Shown in pieces: positions 24,328 through 25,062 of a stretch of DNA of 25,062 nt; positions within the stretch are counted from its first letter, which is position 1, and the number at the start of each line of letters is the position of its first letter. The position numbers were made by a program, and so were the translations under genes. The notes beneath the pieces are model-generated. The model was not told the origin of the DNA and searched no databases. It was given only the letters and a program-made list of their open reading frames with translations. Source of the DNA: a virus. Lineage: Duplodnaviria; Heunggongvirae; Uroviricota; Caudoviricetes. Location of the stretch: IMG/VR virus record IMGVR_UViG_2703718822_000004; one strand, given 5' to 3'.

Positions 24328-25062
24328 TTACTTCTGCAAACCGCTCCCGCTAAATACATCCCTGATTTCCTGCGCAGTCTGTTCAAAACGCCCGGTATCC
24401 AGCTCAACGCCAGTTGCACGACGCCCCAGCGCCATCGCGGCTTTGACTGTCGAACCCGACCCCATGAAAAAATCTGCAACCAGGTCACCCGGACGACTGC
24501 TCGCGCTGATTATCTGCTGCAGCATTTCTGCCGGTTTTTCGCACGGATGTTTCCCGGGATAGTACTGCACCGGTTTATGCGTCCACACATCCGTGTACGG
24601 CACCTGCGCCGTCACGCCAAAATACCGCCGCAGATGCTTATATTCACTCTGCAGTTCCGCATACTGCCGGTTCAGTGAAGTATACGTCTCCAGCAGCTGG
24701 TGGTGGGGCTTTTCCAGTTCACCCCGCTGATGCTTCTCTTCTGCCACCCGGGCAAACAGCGCCTGTAATTTCAGATAATCACTTTCGTCCGGCAGTTGCC
24801 ACTGACTGGCACTGAACCAGTGCGACACCATGTTTTTCTTTCCTGTGGCATCCACAATCTGTTTTGCCGTTATCCCCAGGGCAGCGCGCGCATCACGAAA
24901 GTAAGCAATCAGCGGTGCCATCACATGCTGTTTCAGTGCCCTGCCCTTCGCCTCATACCCGGCATCTTTCGGACGATACGGCCCCTGATAATGTTCCGCG
25001 AACAGAATGCGCTCTGTGGCGGGGAAATACGCCCGCAGGCTTTCCTTGTTGCACCCGTTCCA
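24328..25062 (-). CDS. DNA methyltransferase (N6A/N4C beta-class), C-terminal portion; N-terminus beyond window end
   Basis: HPCEKP and DLVADFFMGSGSTVKAAMALGRRATGVELD match the C-terminal catalytic and AdoMet-binding (FxGSG) motifs of the N6_N4 methyltransferase family; the frame stays open to the window edge (translated manually upstream of 24924). Confidence 0.8.
   Translation of the reverse strand, partial: WNGCNKESLRAYFPATERILFAEHYQGPYRPKDAGYEAKGRALKQHVMAPLIAYFRDARAALGITAKQIVDATGKKNMVSHWFSASQWQLPDESDYLKLQALFARVAEEKHQRGELEKPHHQLLETYTSLNRQYAELQSEYKHLRRYFGVTAQVPYTDVWTHKPVQYYPGKHPCEKPAEMLQQIISASSRPGDLVADFFMGSGSTVKAAMALGRRATGVELDTGRFEQTAQEIRDVFSGSGLQK

Noticed and set aside
24237-24562. ORFs 24237..24488 (-) and 24320..24562 (+)
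   Set aside because: Overlap the methyltransferase C-terminal motif region in alternative frames or on the opposite strand; no support.
1-25062. Integrase, attachment site, IS element or transposase
   Set aside because: No recombinase-like ORF or terminal inverted repeats were recognised; the window appears to lie wholly inside the prophage late region.

Overview
This window is about 25 kb of a lambdoid prophage late region, with almost every gene on the minus strand; it reads as a mosaic of an HK97-like head module and a lambda-like tail module carrying several cargo (moron) insertions. All calls rest on reading the six-frame translations against motifs recalled from memory; no database search was run. 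Reading in the direction of transcription (high to low coordinates): a partial DNA methyltransferase, an AraC-family regulator and a 92-aa ORF in an AT-rich cargo block; two tandem ~200-bp structured noncoding modules with terminators; a NanS-p-like sialate O-acetylesterase; a phage-21-type lysis cassette (dual-start pinholin, SAR endolysin, frameshifted antirepressor, Rz with embedded Rz1); small morons including a lipoprotein that is essentially a free TonB C-terminal domain; HNH endonuclease, candidate cos region, small and large terminase; an in-frame prohead protease/major capsid ORF; portal; an internally repeated 299-aa protein; four head-tail joining proteins; major tail protein; G/G-T chaperones with a canonical -1 slippery site; tape measure; gpM; an OmpC-family porin moron inserted between M and L; gpL; and the start of gpK. 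No integrase, att site, CRISPR array, tRNA, IS element or stx genes were found. The most interesting candidates are the TonB-domain lipoprotein, the tandem structured RNA modules upstream of nanS, and the porin moron.
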